This document shows, in pieces, positions 36,784 to 46,856 of a stretch of DNA of 64,000 nt (position 1 is the first letter of the stretch; each line of letters begins with the position of its first letter). Source of the stretch: Gemmatimonadales bacterium (lineage in GTDB: Bacteria; Gemmatimonadota; Gemmatimonadetes; Gemmatimonadales; GWC2-71-9); contig JBBCJC010000001.1 in assembly GCA_037189525.1 (NCBI GenBank), forward strand, positions 512,001 through 576,000, read 5' to 3'. Below the pieces are notes generated by a model. The model did not search any database. It was not told the DNA's origin and was given only the letters and a program-made list of their open reading frames with translations. The translations under genes were made by a program, and so were the position numbers.

Positions 36784-37743
36784 ATGTCACACCGGGCATC
36801 CGAGCGCGCCACGAGGCCGAGCGTTCTCATCGCCAGCCTCTATCTGGCGGGCGCGCTGGCGAGCCTGTGGTGGCGAGCCCCCGCATTGGCGCTGTTGCTC
36901 GGCAGCGGGCTCGCGCTCGCCCTGGGCAATCCGTTGGCGGCCACGAGCGAACGCGCCAGCCGGTGGCTGATCCAGGCGAGTATCGTCGGACTCGGCTTCG
37001 GCATGCCGCTCGGCGCGGTGGCGTCGGCTGGCTGGGCAGGAATCGGCGTCACGATCCTCGCGATCGGGGTCTGCTTCGCCATCGGTCCGTGGCTGGGCCG
37101 CCGGCTCCGGATCGATCGCGACACCTCCATCCTCATCACGGCCGGCACCGCCATCTGTGGCGGCAGCGCCATTGCCGCGATGAGCGTGGCGATCGGAGCG
37201 TCGGCGCGCGCAACCGCGGCCGCGCTCGCCATCCTCTTTGCCCTGAACGCCGTCGCCCTCGGCCTCTTTCCCTCCCTGGGCCAGGCACTCCAACTCACCG
37301 ATCACCAGTTCGCCACCTGGGCAGCCATCGCGATTCACGACACCAGCTCCGTCGTCGGGGCGGCGGCGAGCTACGGTCCCGCGGCACTACTCGAGGCAAC
37401 GATCCTCAAGCTGGCACGCGCGCTCTGGATCGTGCCACTCACCCTCATCGCGGGTTTCGTGGCCCACCGAAAGACTGGTGCGGAGCGAAAGATCACCATC
37501 CCGTGGTTCATCGGTTGCTTCGTACTGGCCAGCCTGCTCCGCTCGATCCTTGGACCAGCGGCGCCGGCCCTCACGGACGGCATCGTCTTCGTTGCCCGGC
37601 TCGCCATGGTGGCGGCCCTCTTCCTGATCGGCACCACACTCGAGCCAGCTACACTCCGAGCCGTGGGACTCCGGCCCGTCGTCTTGGCGCTCGTGCTCTG
37701 GGTGCTCGTCTCGAGCCAGACCCTGTTCCTCGTGCTCCGCTGA
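36784..37743 (+). CDS. YeiH/PSE-family membrane transporter
   Basis: GTAICGGSAIAA, AIHDTSSVVGA, KLARALWIVP; multiple TM segments; divergent from LysR. Confidence 0.9.
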   Translation: MSHRASERATRPSVLIASLYLAGALASLWWRAPALALLLGSGLALALGNPLAATSERASRWLIQASIVGLGFGMPLGAVASAGWAGIGVTILAIGVCFAIGPWLGRRLRIDRDTSILITAGTAICGGSAIAAMSVAIGASARATAAALAILFALNAVALGLFPSLGQALQLTDHQFATWAAIAIHDTSSVVGAAASYGPAALLEATILKLARALWIVPLTLIAGFVAHRKTGAERKITIPWFIGCFVLASLLRSILGPAAPALTDGIVFVARLAMVAALFLIGTTLEPATLRAVGLRPVVLALVLWVLVSSQTLFLVLR

Positions 37744-37747
37744 GCCG

Positions 37748-38803
37748 CTACCGACCCGCCGCCTCGGCGAGCGCCTTGCGGAGCGCCGCCTCGAACGCCT
37801 CGGGCTGACCGAGCCAGCTGCTGTGACCGGCGCCCTGCAACACGGTGATGGCGCCGTCGGCAAGCCGCTCCACGATCCGAGGCCAGATCTCGGGACCGAG
37901 ATCGACATAGTCGCAGGTTCCGTAGATGACGCGGACCGGCCCCTGGAAACGCAGCAGCGCGGGCCAGAGCGCAGCAACGGACCGGTGGTAGGTGCTGTCC
38001 CGCAGGATGTTGTTGGCAACGTTCTGACTGTAAAAGGCCTGCCCCCCTTCCATCTCGCGCCACCGGTCGGCGTTGCAGGTGTTCACCGCAGCAAACTGGA
38101 TCCGCCAGGCTCGGGTCCGATCGCGATCCCGGTGCACCGCCATCAGGTTCAACGACTCCGCCGGTACCCCGCGAAGGGAATCGGGAAGGAGCCCTTCCCG
38201 GTCGGCGATCTGCTGCACCCGCTGGCCGAGTTCGCGAAAGAAGGCCCGATTGCGCTCGGCCAGCGCCGAGGAGTCGGCATCGGGCCAGATCTCTCGCAAG
38301 AGCTCGATATTTGGGCCGCCGCCCGCCCAGAACGGATAGACGGTGCCTAACAGCACCAGCCCCCGCACTCGATCGGGGTACTGGTTCAGATACGCATAGG
38401 CGAGGTTGCCGCCCATGGAATGCGCCACCAGCGTCACCTGCTCGAGCCCCAGCGTCTTTCGCAAATGCTCGAGATCGGCCACGAACCGCTGCAACCGGAT
38501 GGTGGAGTCGGGAGCGGGCGTGCGGAGCGATCCGCGCTGGTCGTAGAAGACGACCCGATACCGATCCTGTACCGTGGAGAGCGGCCGGAGCAGATATGAA
38601 TGCTCCGCCCCCCACCCGCCGTGGATCGCGATGACCGTATCACCCGGACCAGCGGCACGGCCCGCCTCATAGACGTAGTGCCGCACTCCGTCGTCGGTCC
38701 AGAAGTACCACTGCTCGGCAGCATCACCCGCGGCGCCGGCCGGAGTTCGGTCGGATGCACAGGCACCGCACACCATGAGCACGGTAAGACACACGGCGCG
38801 CAT
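37748..38803 (-). CDS. Alpha/beta hydrolase (proline iminopeptidase-like) lipoprotein
   Basis: HGGWG, YDQRG, AHSMGG, GAGH. Confidence 0.85.
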   Translation of the reverse strand: MRAVCLTVLMVCGACASDRTPAGAAGDAAEQWYFWTDDGVRHYVYEAGRAAGPGDTVIAIHGGWGAEHSYLLRPLSTVQDRYRVVFYDQRGSLRTPAPDSTIRLQRFVADLEHLRKTLGLEQVTLVAHSMGGNLAYAYLNQYPDRVRGLVLLGTVYPFWAGGGPNIELLREIWPDADSSALAERNRAFFRELGQRVQQIADREGLLPDSLRGVPAESLNLMAVHRDRDRTRAWRIQFAAVNTCNADRWREMEGGQAFYSQNVANNILRDSTYHRSVAALWPALLRFQGPVRVIYGTCDYVDLGPEIWPRIVERLADGAITVLQGAGHSSWLGQPEAFEAALRKALAEAAGR

Positions 38804-38892
38804 ACGGTATCTCCTCTCGGTTCTCCGGCCGGATCCCATCGCACGAGCGGCGCCCAGGTACGAACGATCCCAACGCCGGCGAAAGATCTGAT

Positions 38893-38904
38893 ATGTACGG
38901 ACAA
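38893..38904. promoter_or_regulatory. GntR/HutC-type operator candidate ATGTACGGACAA (copy 2)
   Basis: Identical to 30978-30989; lies in a divergent spacer. Confidence 0.6.
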
Positions 38905-39076
38905 TTTCAGGGATCATATCTATCGATTCCACCGGAGACCGTCAAGGGCCGGCGCCACACCCGGCGATCGAGCCGCAGAGATCGATGGTAGAGCGCGTCC
39001 GCGGAATTGTTGACCCTCGGGCCAGCCCCATACGGTCGACGGCCGCGTTGCAATCACGGCATGGAGTGTGTTTTCG

Positions 39077-41026
39077 ATGACATTGGCGTCACTTCGTTCG
39101 CGCAGACCGCGGTCTCTCCGCGCAATCCAGAGACTTGCGATATCGGCGTCATGTCTGACGCTGTTCGGCTGGCCCACGCTGGCCAGCGGACAGCGGGGCG
39201 ATGGACCGACGCCGAGACCGCCAGGCGCGCACTCGGTCAGGCTCGAGAAGGGCGTGATGGTTCCGATGCGGGACGGTATCCGCCTGTCGACCGATCTGTA
39301 TCTTCCCGCCGGCGCGGGCGATCGCCTGCCGGTGGTGCTGATCCGCACGCCCTACGACAAGCGCCGCTATCGCCGGCAGGACCCGGACTCCAGTGAAGCG
39401 ATGTTCTTCGCGTCGCACGGTTTCGCGGTGGTGGTCCAGGACACCCGTGGCCGGTTCGAGTCGGAGGGCACGTTCACCATCTCCTACCCCGATGTCGAGG
39501 ACGGGTACGACGCGATCGACTGGGCTGCCAGGCAGCCGTGGTCGAACGGCAAGGTGGGCGGATACGGTTGCTCCTACGTCGGCGACACCCAGGTGATGGC
39601 GGCGAAAGCGCGCCATCCGGCCTACGCGGCCATGATCCCGCAATCGGCGGCGGGCTCGTTTCCGGATCGCGGGTTTCTACATAGCCAGGGTGGCGCCATC
39701 GACCTCTCGATCTCGCTCAGCTGGTTCGCATCGGGCGGGAGCAAGCTCCGCTATCTCCCGCCGCCCGGCACGCCGAGGGAAATGATCGCGCAGCACGGCG
39801 ACTATTTCGCAATCATGCCGACGGTGCCATTCGACATGCGTGAGCAGGTCTGGAACCTCCCGCTCATCGACATCCTGTCACGCGCCGGAGTGCCTCCCAC
39901 CGACTGGGAGAATGTCCTGAAGCACGGCCCGAACGACCCGTGGTGGATCAAACTCGGCTACTTCACCGACCAGGATCAGTTCGACACGCCGGCTCTCCAG
40001 ATCGAGTCCTGGTACGACACCGGCGTGGCCGTCTCCCTCGCCCAGACCAACTTCCTGCGCGAGCGCTCGCTGAGCAGTCGCGGGCGCGACAATCAGTTCA
40101 TCATCGTGTCGCCCACGCTCCACTGCCAATCCGAAGAGGCCACGGCCCGAACGGTGGTCGGCGAGCGGAACATGGGCGATCCGAGACGCGACTACTGGCG
40201 GCTCTATCTCGACTGGTTCGATCACTGGCTCAGGGGCGTCGACAACGGGGTCACGGCGATGCCCAAGGTGCAATACTATCTGATGGGAAAGAACGAATGG
40301 CGCAGCGCCGAGGCGTGGCCCATTCCGGGTACCCGGTTCACGCAGTACTTTCTTCGCAGCGCCGGGCGGGCCAACACCCGCTCCGGCGACGGCCGCCTCT
40401 CGACGGTGCAGCCGGCCGACGAACCGCCGGATTTCTATGTGTATGATCCAGCGTCGCCGGTGCCTTCGCGCGGATTGGCCTGCTGCATGGGCGGCCCGCG
40501 CGGTTCGCTGGACCAGTCGGAGGTGGAATCGCGCCCCGACGTGCTCGTCTATACGACCGAGCCGTTGAGGGAGGGGCTCGAGGTGACCGGGCCGATCGAG
40601 CTGGTGCTGTACGTCGAATCGTCGGCCCGGGACACGGATTTCACGGCGACGCTCGTGGACGTGCTGCCCGACGGTACCGCGTACAATGTGCAGGAGGGGA
40701 TCCTCCGGGCCCGGTATCGCGAGGGGTGGGATCGCACGGTCTGGATGACGCCGGACACGGTCGTCACGGTGCCGGTCAGCCTGGGCGCCACGGGGCACTA
40801 TTTCGGCCCCGGGCATCGGATCAGACTCCAGGTTTCGAGCAGCAACTTCCCGCGTTTCGACCGCAACCTCAACACGGGTGGCAACAACTACGACGAGACG
40901 TCCTGGGTCATCGCTCGAAACGGCGTCCATCATTCGGCGGCGTACCCCTCGCACCTGACGCTCCCGATCGTTCCGAGCGGCATCGGTTCCGAGGCGCCCG
41001 CGGCGCGGCGCGACGGCAGCCGATGA
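39077..41026 (+). CDS. CocE/NonD-family hydrolase (peptidase S15-like)
   Basis: MRDGIRLSTD, RTPY, QDTRGRFESEG, GCSYVG, SSSNFPRFDRN. Confidence 0.93.
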   Translation: MTLASLRSRRPRSLRAIQRLAISASCLTLFGWPTLASGQRGDGPTPRPPGAHSVRLEKGVMVPMRDGIRLSTDLYLPAGAGDRLPVVLIRTPYDKRRYRRQDPDSSEAMFFASHGFAVVVQDTRGRFESEGTFTISYPDVEDGYDAIDWAARQPWSNGKVGGYGCSYVGDTQVMAAKARHPAYAAMIPQSAAGSFPDRGFLHSQGGAIDLSISLSWFASGGSKLRYLPPPGTPREMIAQHGDYFAIMPTVPFDMREQVWNLPLIDILSRAGVPPTDWENVLKHGPNDPWWIKLGYFTDQDQFDTPALQIESWYDTGVAVSLAQTNFLRERSLSSRGRDNQFIIVSPTLHCQSEEATARTVVGERNMGDPRRDYWRLYLDWFDHWLRGVDNGVTAMPKVQYYLMGKNEWRSAEAWPIPGTRFTQYFLRSAGRANTRSGDGRLSTVQPADEPPDFYVYDPASPVPSRGLACCMGGPRGSLDQSEVESRPDVLVYTTEPLREGLEVTGPIELVLYVESSARDTDFTATLVDVLPDGTAYNVQEGILRARYREGWDRTVWMTPDTVVTVPVSLGATGHYFGPGHRIRLQVSSSNFPRFDRNLNTGGNNYDETSWVIARNGVHHSAAYPSHLTLPIVPSGIGSEAPAARRDGSR

Positions 41027-41161
41027 CTCGACAGATGCTTACCAAGGAATCATCGCCTGCACCGGACGGTGTTCGATCGTCCGGCCGCTCATCGGACCGA
41101 GCGCGGCTGGCAGCGACAGTAACAGACGGGATCACACATGGCACGATCTGGCACCACGCGG

Positions 41162-41902
41162 ATGCCGAAAAACGATACCCCGCCCGACGTTCCCCGCTAC
41201 CAGCAGGTCGCGGACGAGTTGATGGCGAGCATCGCCTCGGGCGAATACCCGGTGGGCGGCAACCTGCCCACCGAGCTGGAGCTGTGCCGGCAGTATGGCA
41301 TCAGCCGACACACTGTCCGCGAGGCGCTGCGGCGTCTCCGCGACGATGGTCTGATCTCCCGGCGGCGGCGGGTCGGTACCGAGGTCGTGGCCCGGACACC
41401 GATGGCGAGCTACCGGCAGCCGACCAACTCGATCGGCGACTTTCTCCAGTACGCCGAGGAGTCGCAGCTCGTGGTGCTGCGGACAAAGCGGGTCATCTGC
41501 AACGGAGCACTTGCCGAAGTGCTGGATGGCCGGCCGGGCAGCGCCTGGGTCCGGATCGACAGCCTCCGCACCTTTCCGACCAATCCTCGCCCGATCTGCA
41601 TGACCACCGCCTACGTCTCGGCGGATCTGCCCGGGATCGGCGAGAGTCTCGAAAAGCTGACCGGCCCGCTCCTGGCAATGCTCGAACGCCAGTACGGGGT
41701 GCAAATCGCGCGGATCGAGCAGAGCATCCAGGCCATCCGACTGCGGCGGCCGATAGCCAAGCTGCTGCGCGCCGAGGAAGGTTCGCCGGCGCTCCGCGCG
41801 GTGCGCCGGTACTACGACGCCAAGGGCAGATTGATCGAGCTCTCCACCGCGACGCACCCCGGCGACCGCTTCACCTACGTGACGAGCCTGGTGCGGTCGT
41901 AG
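41162..41902 (+). CDS. GntR-family regulator, HutC/UTRA subfamily
   Basis: LPTELELCRQYGISRHTVREAL wHTH plus a C-terminal UTRA-like domain. Confidence 0.92.
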   Translation: MPKNDTPPDVPRYQQVADELMASIASGEYPVGGNLPTELELCRQYGISRHTVREALRRLRDDGLISRRRRVGTEVVARTPMASYRQPTNSIGDFLQYAEESQLVVLRTKRVICNGALAEVLDGRPGSAWVRIDSLRTFPTNPRPICMTTAYVSADLPGIGESLEKLTGPLLAMLERQYGVQIARIEQSIQAIRLRRPIAKLLRAEEGSPALRAVRRYYDAKGRLIELSTATHPGDRFTYVTSLVRS

Positions 41903-41945
41903 CGGCTGTTCCGGAGCGGCGGCGTGCGCAACCGCTGGTGGGCGG

Positions 41946-43157
41946 ATGAGCGCGCTCCGGTCTGCCGCCGATTTCGCAGCGCTCGAGGATCGATGGAGCG
42001 CGCGAACCCACATTCCGTTCGATGTCGTCATTCATCGCGCGGAGGGTTCGTGGCTCATCGACGTCGAGGGGCGCCGGTACCTCGATTGCCTGGCCGCCCA
42101 TTCGTCGGTCAACTACGGCCATTGCCATCCCGAATTGCTCGCCGCGTTCCACCAACAGGCGGATCGCCTCGTGCTGACGTCGCGGGCCATCCGGAACGAT
42201 CAGCTGCCGGCGTTCTGCGAAGAACTCGCCGCCTACTGCGGCGCCGAGGCCGTCCTGCCGATGAACTCGGGCACGGAGGCGGCGGAAACGGCCATCAAGG
42301 TCGCCCGGCGATGGGGCTATCGGATCAAAGGGATTCCGGAGGGCCGGGCACAGGTCGTGGTCTGCCGGAGCGGATTCCACGGCCGTACCATCACCATGGC
42401 TAGCTTCGCATCGGAGCTCGAGCATCGCGAGGGATTCGGCCCGTTCGTCCCGGGGTTCGTTTCGATTCCGTTCGGCGACATCGACGCCCTCGAGCAGGCA
42501 ATGACGGCGCACACCTGCGCGTTCCTGGTCGAGCCGATCCAGGGCGACGGCGGCGTGGCGGTGCCCCCGGACGGCTATCTGGCGGCCGCGCGCGAACTAT
42601 GCACCAGGCACAACGTCCTCTTTGTGGCCGATGAAGTGATGACGGGTCTGGGCCGGACCGGCCGGCGGTTCGGCTGCGACCACGAGGACGTGCAACCCGA
42701 TGTGCTGATCCTGGGCAAAGCCCTCTCGGGCGGATTCTCGCCCGTCTCGGCGGTGGTCTCGCGCCGCGAGATCCTCGACCTGCTCGAGCCCGGCAGCCAC
42801 GGCAGCACCTACGGGGGCAATCCGCTGGGGGCGGCCGTCGCGCGCGCGGCTCTTCGCGTCCTGGCCAACGAGCGGCTGGCCGAGCGCGCCCGCGACCTGG
42901 GTGCCTGGTTCCTCGCGGAACTGCGGCAACTCTCCCACCCACGCATCGTCGAGGCCCGAGGGAGAGGCCTGCTGTTGGGATTGGAGCTCGACGTACCGGC
43001 GCGCCCCTACTGCGAGGCGCTGCAACGTCTGGGCGTGCTCTGCAGGGAGACCCACCGGTCCGTGATCCGGATCACGCCCCCGCTGGTGGTGACCCTGGAG
43101 GAACTGCGCTGGGCAGTGGCCCGATTCCGCGCCGTCTTCGACGGTCCCGCGCCGTAA
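41946..43157 (+). CDS. rocD: Ornithine aminotransferase-like class III aminotransferase
   Basis: NYGHCHP, PMNSGTEA, FHGRT, DEVMTGLGRTG, LGKALSGG, HGSTYGGNPL. Confidence 0.85.
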   Translation: MSALRSAADFAALEDRWSARTHIPFDVVIHRAEGSWLIDVEGRRYLDCLAAHSSVNYGHCHPELLAAFHQQADRLVLTSRAIRNDQLPAFCEELAAYCGAEAVLPMNSGTEAAETAIKVARRWGYRIKGIPEGRAQVVVCRSGFHGRTITMASFASELEHREGFGPFVPGFVSIPFGDIDALEQAMTAHTCAFLVEPIQGDGGVAVPPDGYLAAARELCTRHNVLFVADEVMTGLGRTGRRFGCDHEDVQPDVLILGKALSGGFSPVSAVVSRREILDLLEPGSHGSTYGGNPLGAAVARAALRVLANERLAERARDLGAWFLAELRQLSHPRIVEARGRGLLLGLELDVPARPYCEALQRLGVLCRETHRSVIRITPPLVVTLEELRWAVARFRAVFDGPAP

Positions 43158-43166
43158 ACGATCCGG

Positions 43167-43217
43167 TTGACGCACCCGCGGGCGCGTCTATACTTTGAAA
43201 GTTAATTGTCCATACAT
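43167..43217 (+). promoter_or_regulatory. Sigma70 promoter followed by GntR operator candidate (copy 3)
   Basis: TTGACG-N16-TATACT, then TTGTCCATACAT (reverse complement ATGTATGGACAA). Confidence 0.7.
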
Positions 43218-43289
43218 TTCAAGTTCTCGACAACCAAGCCGATGCGCGCGGGGATGGAACCGTCCCCCTCACGGCCGGAGATCCCCGCC

Positions 43290-44510
43290 ATGTCCCTTCC
43301 ATCTCTCGCTCGGCGCGCACCAGCCCGACCGCTCGGTGCCGCGCCCACGCGCCCGGACAATATCGCGTTCGATTCCGGCCACGCCTTTCCCGGCGTGCTC
43401 CCTGATCTGACGGCGGAAGCCACGCGCGCACTGACCGAGTTCCGCAGCGAGACGCTCCAGTACGCGCCGCGTCCCGGACTCACCCCGCTCCGCGAGTGGA
43501 TCGCCAAGTATCTGAGGGCAGACGGGACCAAGGTAGCGCCAGGTGATATCCTCGTCACCAACGGGGCCAAGCATGCCATCGAGCTGATCTGCAAGCTGCT
43601 CCTCGACGAAGGCGATACGATCGTCGTCACCGTGCCCACCTACTTCACGGCGATCCCGATCTTCCGCAGCTTCGGCGTGCGTTTCCTCGAGGTCGCGCAG
43701 GATGCGGATGGTTTGGATGTCGAGCAACTCGAGGCCCTGATCGCGGAACGCGAGCGGAAGGGTGAGCGGCTGCCCAAGTTCATCTACAACGTGCCCGACT
43801 TCCACAACCCCACCGGGGTGACGATGTCCCTGCCGCGCCGGCAGGCACTGGTCGAGCTGGCAGCCCGGAAGGGGATCTACATCCTCGAAGACAGCCCCTA
43901 TCGCAAGGTCCGCTTCGAGGGCGCCGACGTACCGTCGGTCAAGGCGCTCGATCCGGGCGGCCTGGTGTTCCAGTGCGGCACCTTTTCGAAGCTGATGGCG
44001 CCGGGGCTCCGGGTGGGGTGGGTCGCCACCACGCCCGACATGGTGGGCCGGCTGATTCAGCTCAAGGCGGACGGCGGTTCCTGCCCGCTCACCCAGCGCA
44101 TCATCTTCGAGTTCTGCCGGAGCGGCCGGCTCGAGGCGCACACGAGCCGAATCCAGGAGACCTATCGGCGCAATCGGGATCATATGGTCGCGGCACTGCG
44201 GCGAGATCTTCCCGCTGCCACGTTCGCCGTGCCCGAAGGCGGGTACTATATCTGGGTGACACTTCCTGAAGATGTCGACGGCGACGAGGTCACGACGCGC
44301 GCGGCGGCCGGCGGCGCCACCGTGATTCCGGGCAGCAAGTTCCTCGCGCTGCCGGAGGCGGGACATCCGCGCAATACCGTGCGGGTCGCGTTCAGCCACG
44401 CCACGCCCGAGGAGATCGACGAAGGCATCCGCCGGCTGGCCGCGGCGTTCGATGCGGTGGTGTCGGGCGCACCGGCCTTAGCGACGCCGACGGGATCGCA
44501 GACCCGATGA
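43290..44510 (+). CDS. PLP-dependent aminotransferase class I/II (LysN/Aro8-like)
   Basis: PDFHNPTG, EDSPY, TFSKLMAPGLRVGW. Confidence 0.9.
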   Translation: MSLPSLARRAPARPLGAAPTRPDNIAFDSGHAFPGVLPDLTAEATRALTEFRSETLQYAPRPGLTPLREWIAKYLRADGTKVAPGDILVTNGAKHAIELICKLLLDEGDTIVVTVPTYFTAIPIFRSFGVRFLEVAQDADGLDVEQLEALIAERERKGERLPKFIYNVPDFHNPTGVTMSLPRRQALVELAARKGIYILEDSPYRKVRFEGADVPSVKALDPGGLVFQCGTFSKLMAPGLRVGWVATTPDMVGRLIQLKADGGSCPLTQRIIFEFCRSGRLEAHTSRIQETYRRNRDHMVAALRRDLPAATFAVPEGGYYIWVTLPEDVDGDEVTTRAAAGGATVIPGSKFLALPEAGHPRNTVRVAFSHATPEEIDEGIRRLAAAFDAVVSGAPALATPTGSQTR

Positions 44511-45496
44511 AGCAACCGATCCGGATCAGGGATATCGAGGCCGAGAGCGGCACTGTCGCGCGCGGGTTCCTCACTATCGGGGAAACGCCGTCGGGTCCGC
44601 TGCAGATTCCGCTCGTCATCATCAACGGCGCCGCCGACGGCCCGGTCCTCTGCCTGACCGCCGGCGTCCACGCCACCGAATACGCACCAATCGATGCTGT
44701 ACTGCGCACCGTGCAGACGCTCGACCCGGCGACGCTCCGCGGCGCCGTGCTGGCGGTACCGGTAGCCAATATGCGGATGTTCGAGAGCCGACACGGGTTC
44801 GTCTCGCCTCTCGACGGACTCAATTTGAACAAGGTGGCGTCCGGGCGACCGGATGGCTCGATCTCCGAGATCCTCGCCCAGGTGCTGCTGGACGAGGTGA
44901 TCGGAGCGGCGCAATACCACATCGATCTCCACGCAGGCGACTTGGGTGAGATGCTGCTTCCGTTCGCGGGCTACGCGAACACCGGGAAGCCCGAGCTCGA
45001 CCGCGTGGGGGAGATGCTGGCTCGACTCTATGCGCCGGAGTTGATTTCCATCGCCACCGGTAACGGTCAGGTCCCGCCCTTCCCGGACGGGATCGTCTAC
45101 GCGGCGTCTCGGCGTGGCGTGGTATCCCTCTTCGCGGAGTCGGGAGGGAACGGTACCCTCGAAGAGGCCGACGTCCGGGTCCATCTGGACGGGATCGACA
45201 ACGTCATGAAGCAGCTCGGGATGCTCGACGGCCAGCCCACGGCTCCCGGCCCCCGCATCGCGGGCACGGGGCGGGTCATCGTGCGTGCCAAGCGCGCTGG
45301 CCTGCTTCGGCTCAAGGTCGCGATCGGTGACCGCGTTTCGCCCGGGCACGAAGTGGCGGAGATCTGTAACGTTTTCGGCGACGTGGTCGAGCGGGTCACC
45401 ACTCCAGGTACCGGTGTGGCCGGGCTGGTGTGGGCGCACAAGGTCGTGAACACCGGCGACCCGATCATGCGATACTGGACCACGGAACCAGCCTGA
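44507..45496 (+). CDS. Succinylglutamate desuccinylase/aspartoacylase-family (M14-like) hydrolase
   Basis: GVHATE, NLN, IDLHAG, ESGG; ATGA overlap with the upstream gene. Confidence 0.88.
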   Translation: MKQPIRIRDIEAESGTVARGFLTIGETPSGPLQIPLVIINGAADGPVLCLTAGVHATEYAPIDAVLRTVQTLDPATLRGAVLAVPVANMRMFESRHGFVSPLDGLNLNKVASGRPDGSISEILAQVLLDEVIGAAQYHIDLHAGDLGEMLLPFAGYANTGKPELDRVGEMLARLYAPELISIATGNGQVPPFPDGIVYAASRRGVVSLFAESGGNGTLEEADVRVHLDGIDNVMKQLGMLDGQPTAPGPRIAGTGRVIVRAKRAGLLRLKVAIGDRVSPGHEVAEICNVFGDVVERVTTPGTGVAGLVWAHKVVNTGDPIMRYWTTEPA

Positions 45497-45511
45497 CGAG
45501 GCGGATGCGCG

Positions 45512-46849
45512 ATGGTCGACCTGGCGCACGATACCATTACGGCCTACTTGGGCGCCCGCGCCGACACGCGGGAGCGCCTGAATGCGTGGCTGGCGGACGA
45601 TCCTTCGTCGGTGTTGGGCCACTGCCTCGACGGCTATCTCCACATGACGGCGAGCCGGCAGGAGTCGGTCGCCAAGGCGCGGCATGCGGTGGCCAATGCC
45701 CGAACGGCCGGCGCGCGCACCCAGCGAAACCGGACTGATCTGCGACACATCGCCGCGCTGGAGGCCTGGTCCGACGGCGACATGCACGCTGCCGCCGCCG
45801 CGTGGACTGCAATCCTTCGAGAAGATCCGCGCGACATCGTCGCCATTCGGGTCTCCCAGTTCGTGCTGTCGTATCTCGGTGAGACCGCTCGGATGGGAGA
45901 GACGATCGAACAGGTGCTGCCCCACTGGGACGAATCGGCGCCGGAGTACGGCTTTCTGCTCGGCTGCCACGCCTACGCCCTCGAAGAAAACGGCGACTAC
46001 ACTCGCGCCGAGGAACAGGGACGCCGGGCAGTGGCGCTCAACCCGGGAGACATCTGGGCTGCGCACGCCGTGGCGCACGTCCGCGAGATGCAGTGCCGGC
46101 TCCGTGACGGGGTCGAGTGGATCACGTCGCTGGCCGATCGGTGGCGGGAATGCAGCAACTTTGCGATGCACCTCCGCTGGCACGAAGCGCTCTACGAACT
46201 CGAGCTCGAACGGTATCCCCGGGTGCTCGAGCTGTACGATCGCGAGGTCTGGCCCCATCCCAGCGACGAATACCTCGACCTGACCAACTCCGCCTCGCTC
46301 CTCTGGCGGCTGGAGCAAGCGGGCATCGAGGTGGGCTCGCGATGGCGCGAGTTGGCGACCTCGACCCAAAAGCGGGTCGGCGATCATACTCTCGTTTTTG
46401 CCGATGTGCACTATGCGATGACGCTTGCGGCCGCGAAAGACGACGCGGCGCTCGACGCGCTGCTCGAATCGAGCGCCCGCTTTGCCGCGACCGGCACCGG
46501 GACCGAGGCGTCGGTGATGCAGCTAGTGGGGCTTCCGCTGATGCAGGCCGTCGTGGCCCATCGCCGGCAAGCGTTCGGGCAGGTGGTCGACCTGCTGCTG
46601 CCGGTACGACACGAGATCCGATTGATCGGCGGCAGCCACGCACAGCGCGATGTCTTTGCGCAGTTGCTGATCGACGCCGCCTGGCGCGCCGGCCGTCATG
46701 AGGTTGCCGGGATGTTGCTCCACGAGCGGATCACACGCCGTCCGGACAACCGGTGGGGATGGAAACATTACGGGCTGGTGCTGGAAGCCACCGGCGCGCC
46801 CGAACGCGCCGCCGCCCGCGCCGAGTGGGACCGACTTCGCATGCTTTGA
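45512..46849 (+). CDS. TTC38-like tetratricopeptide-repeat protein
   Basis: WAAHAVAHV, HLRWH, SLLWRL, IGGSHAQRDVF. Confidence 0.85.
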   Translation: MVDLAHDTITAYLGARADTRERLNAWLADDPSSVLGHCLDGYLHMTASRQESVAKARHAVANARTAGARTQRNRTDLRHIAALEAWSDGDMHAAAAAWTAILREDPRDIVAIRVSQFVLSYLGETARMGETIEQVLPHWDESAPEYGFLLGCHAYALEENGDYTRAEEQGRRAVALNPGDIWAAHAVAHVREMQCRLRDGVEWITSLADRWRECSNFAMHLRWHEALYELELERYPRVLELYDREVWPHPSDEYLDLTNSASLLWRLEQAGIEVGSRWRELATSTQKRVGDHTLVFADVHYAMTLAAAKDDAALDALLESSARFAATGTGTEASVMQLVGLPLMQAVVAHRRQAFGQVVDLLLPVRHEIRLIGGSHAQRDVFAQLLIDAAWRAGRHEVAGMLLHERITRRPDNRWGWKHYGLVLEATGAPERAAARAEWDRLRML

Positions 46850-46856
46850 GGCATCC

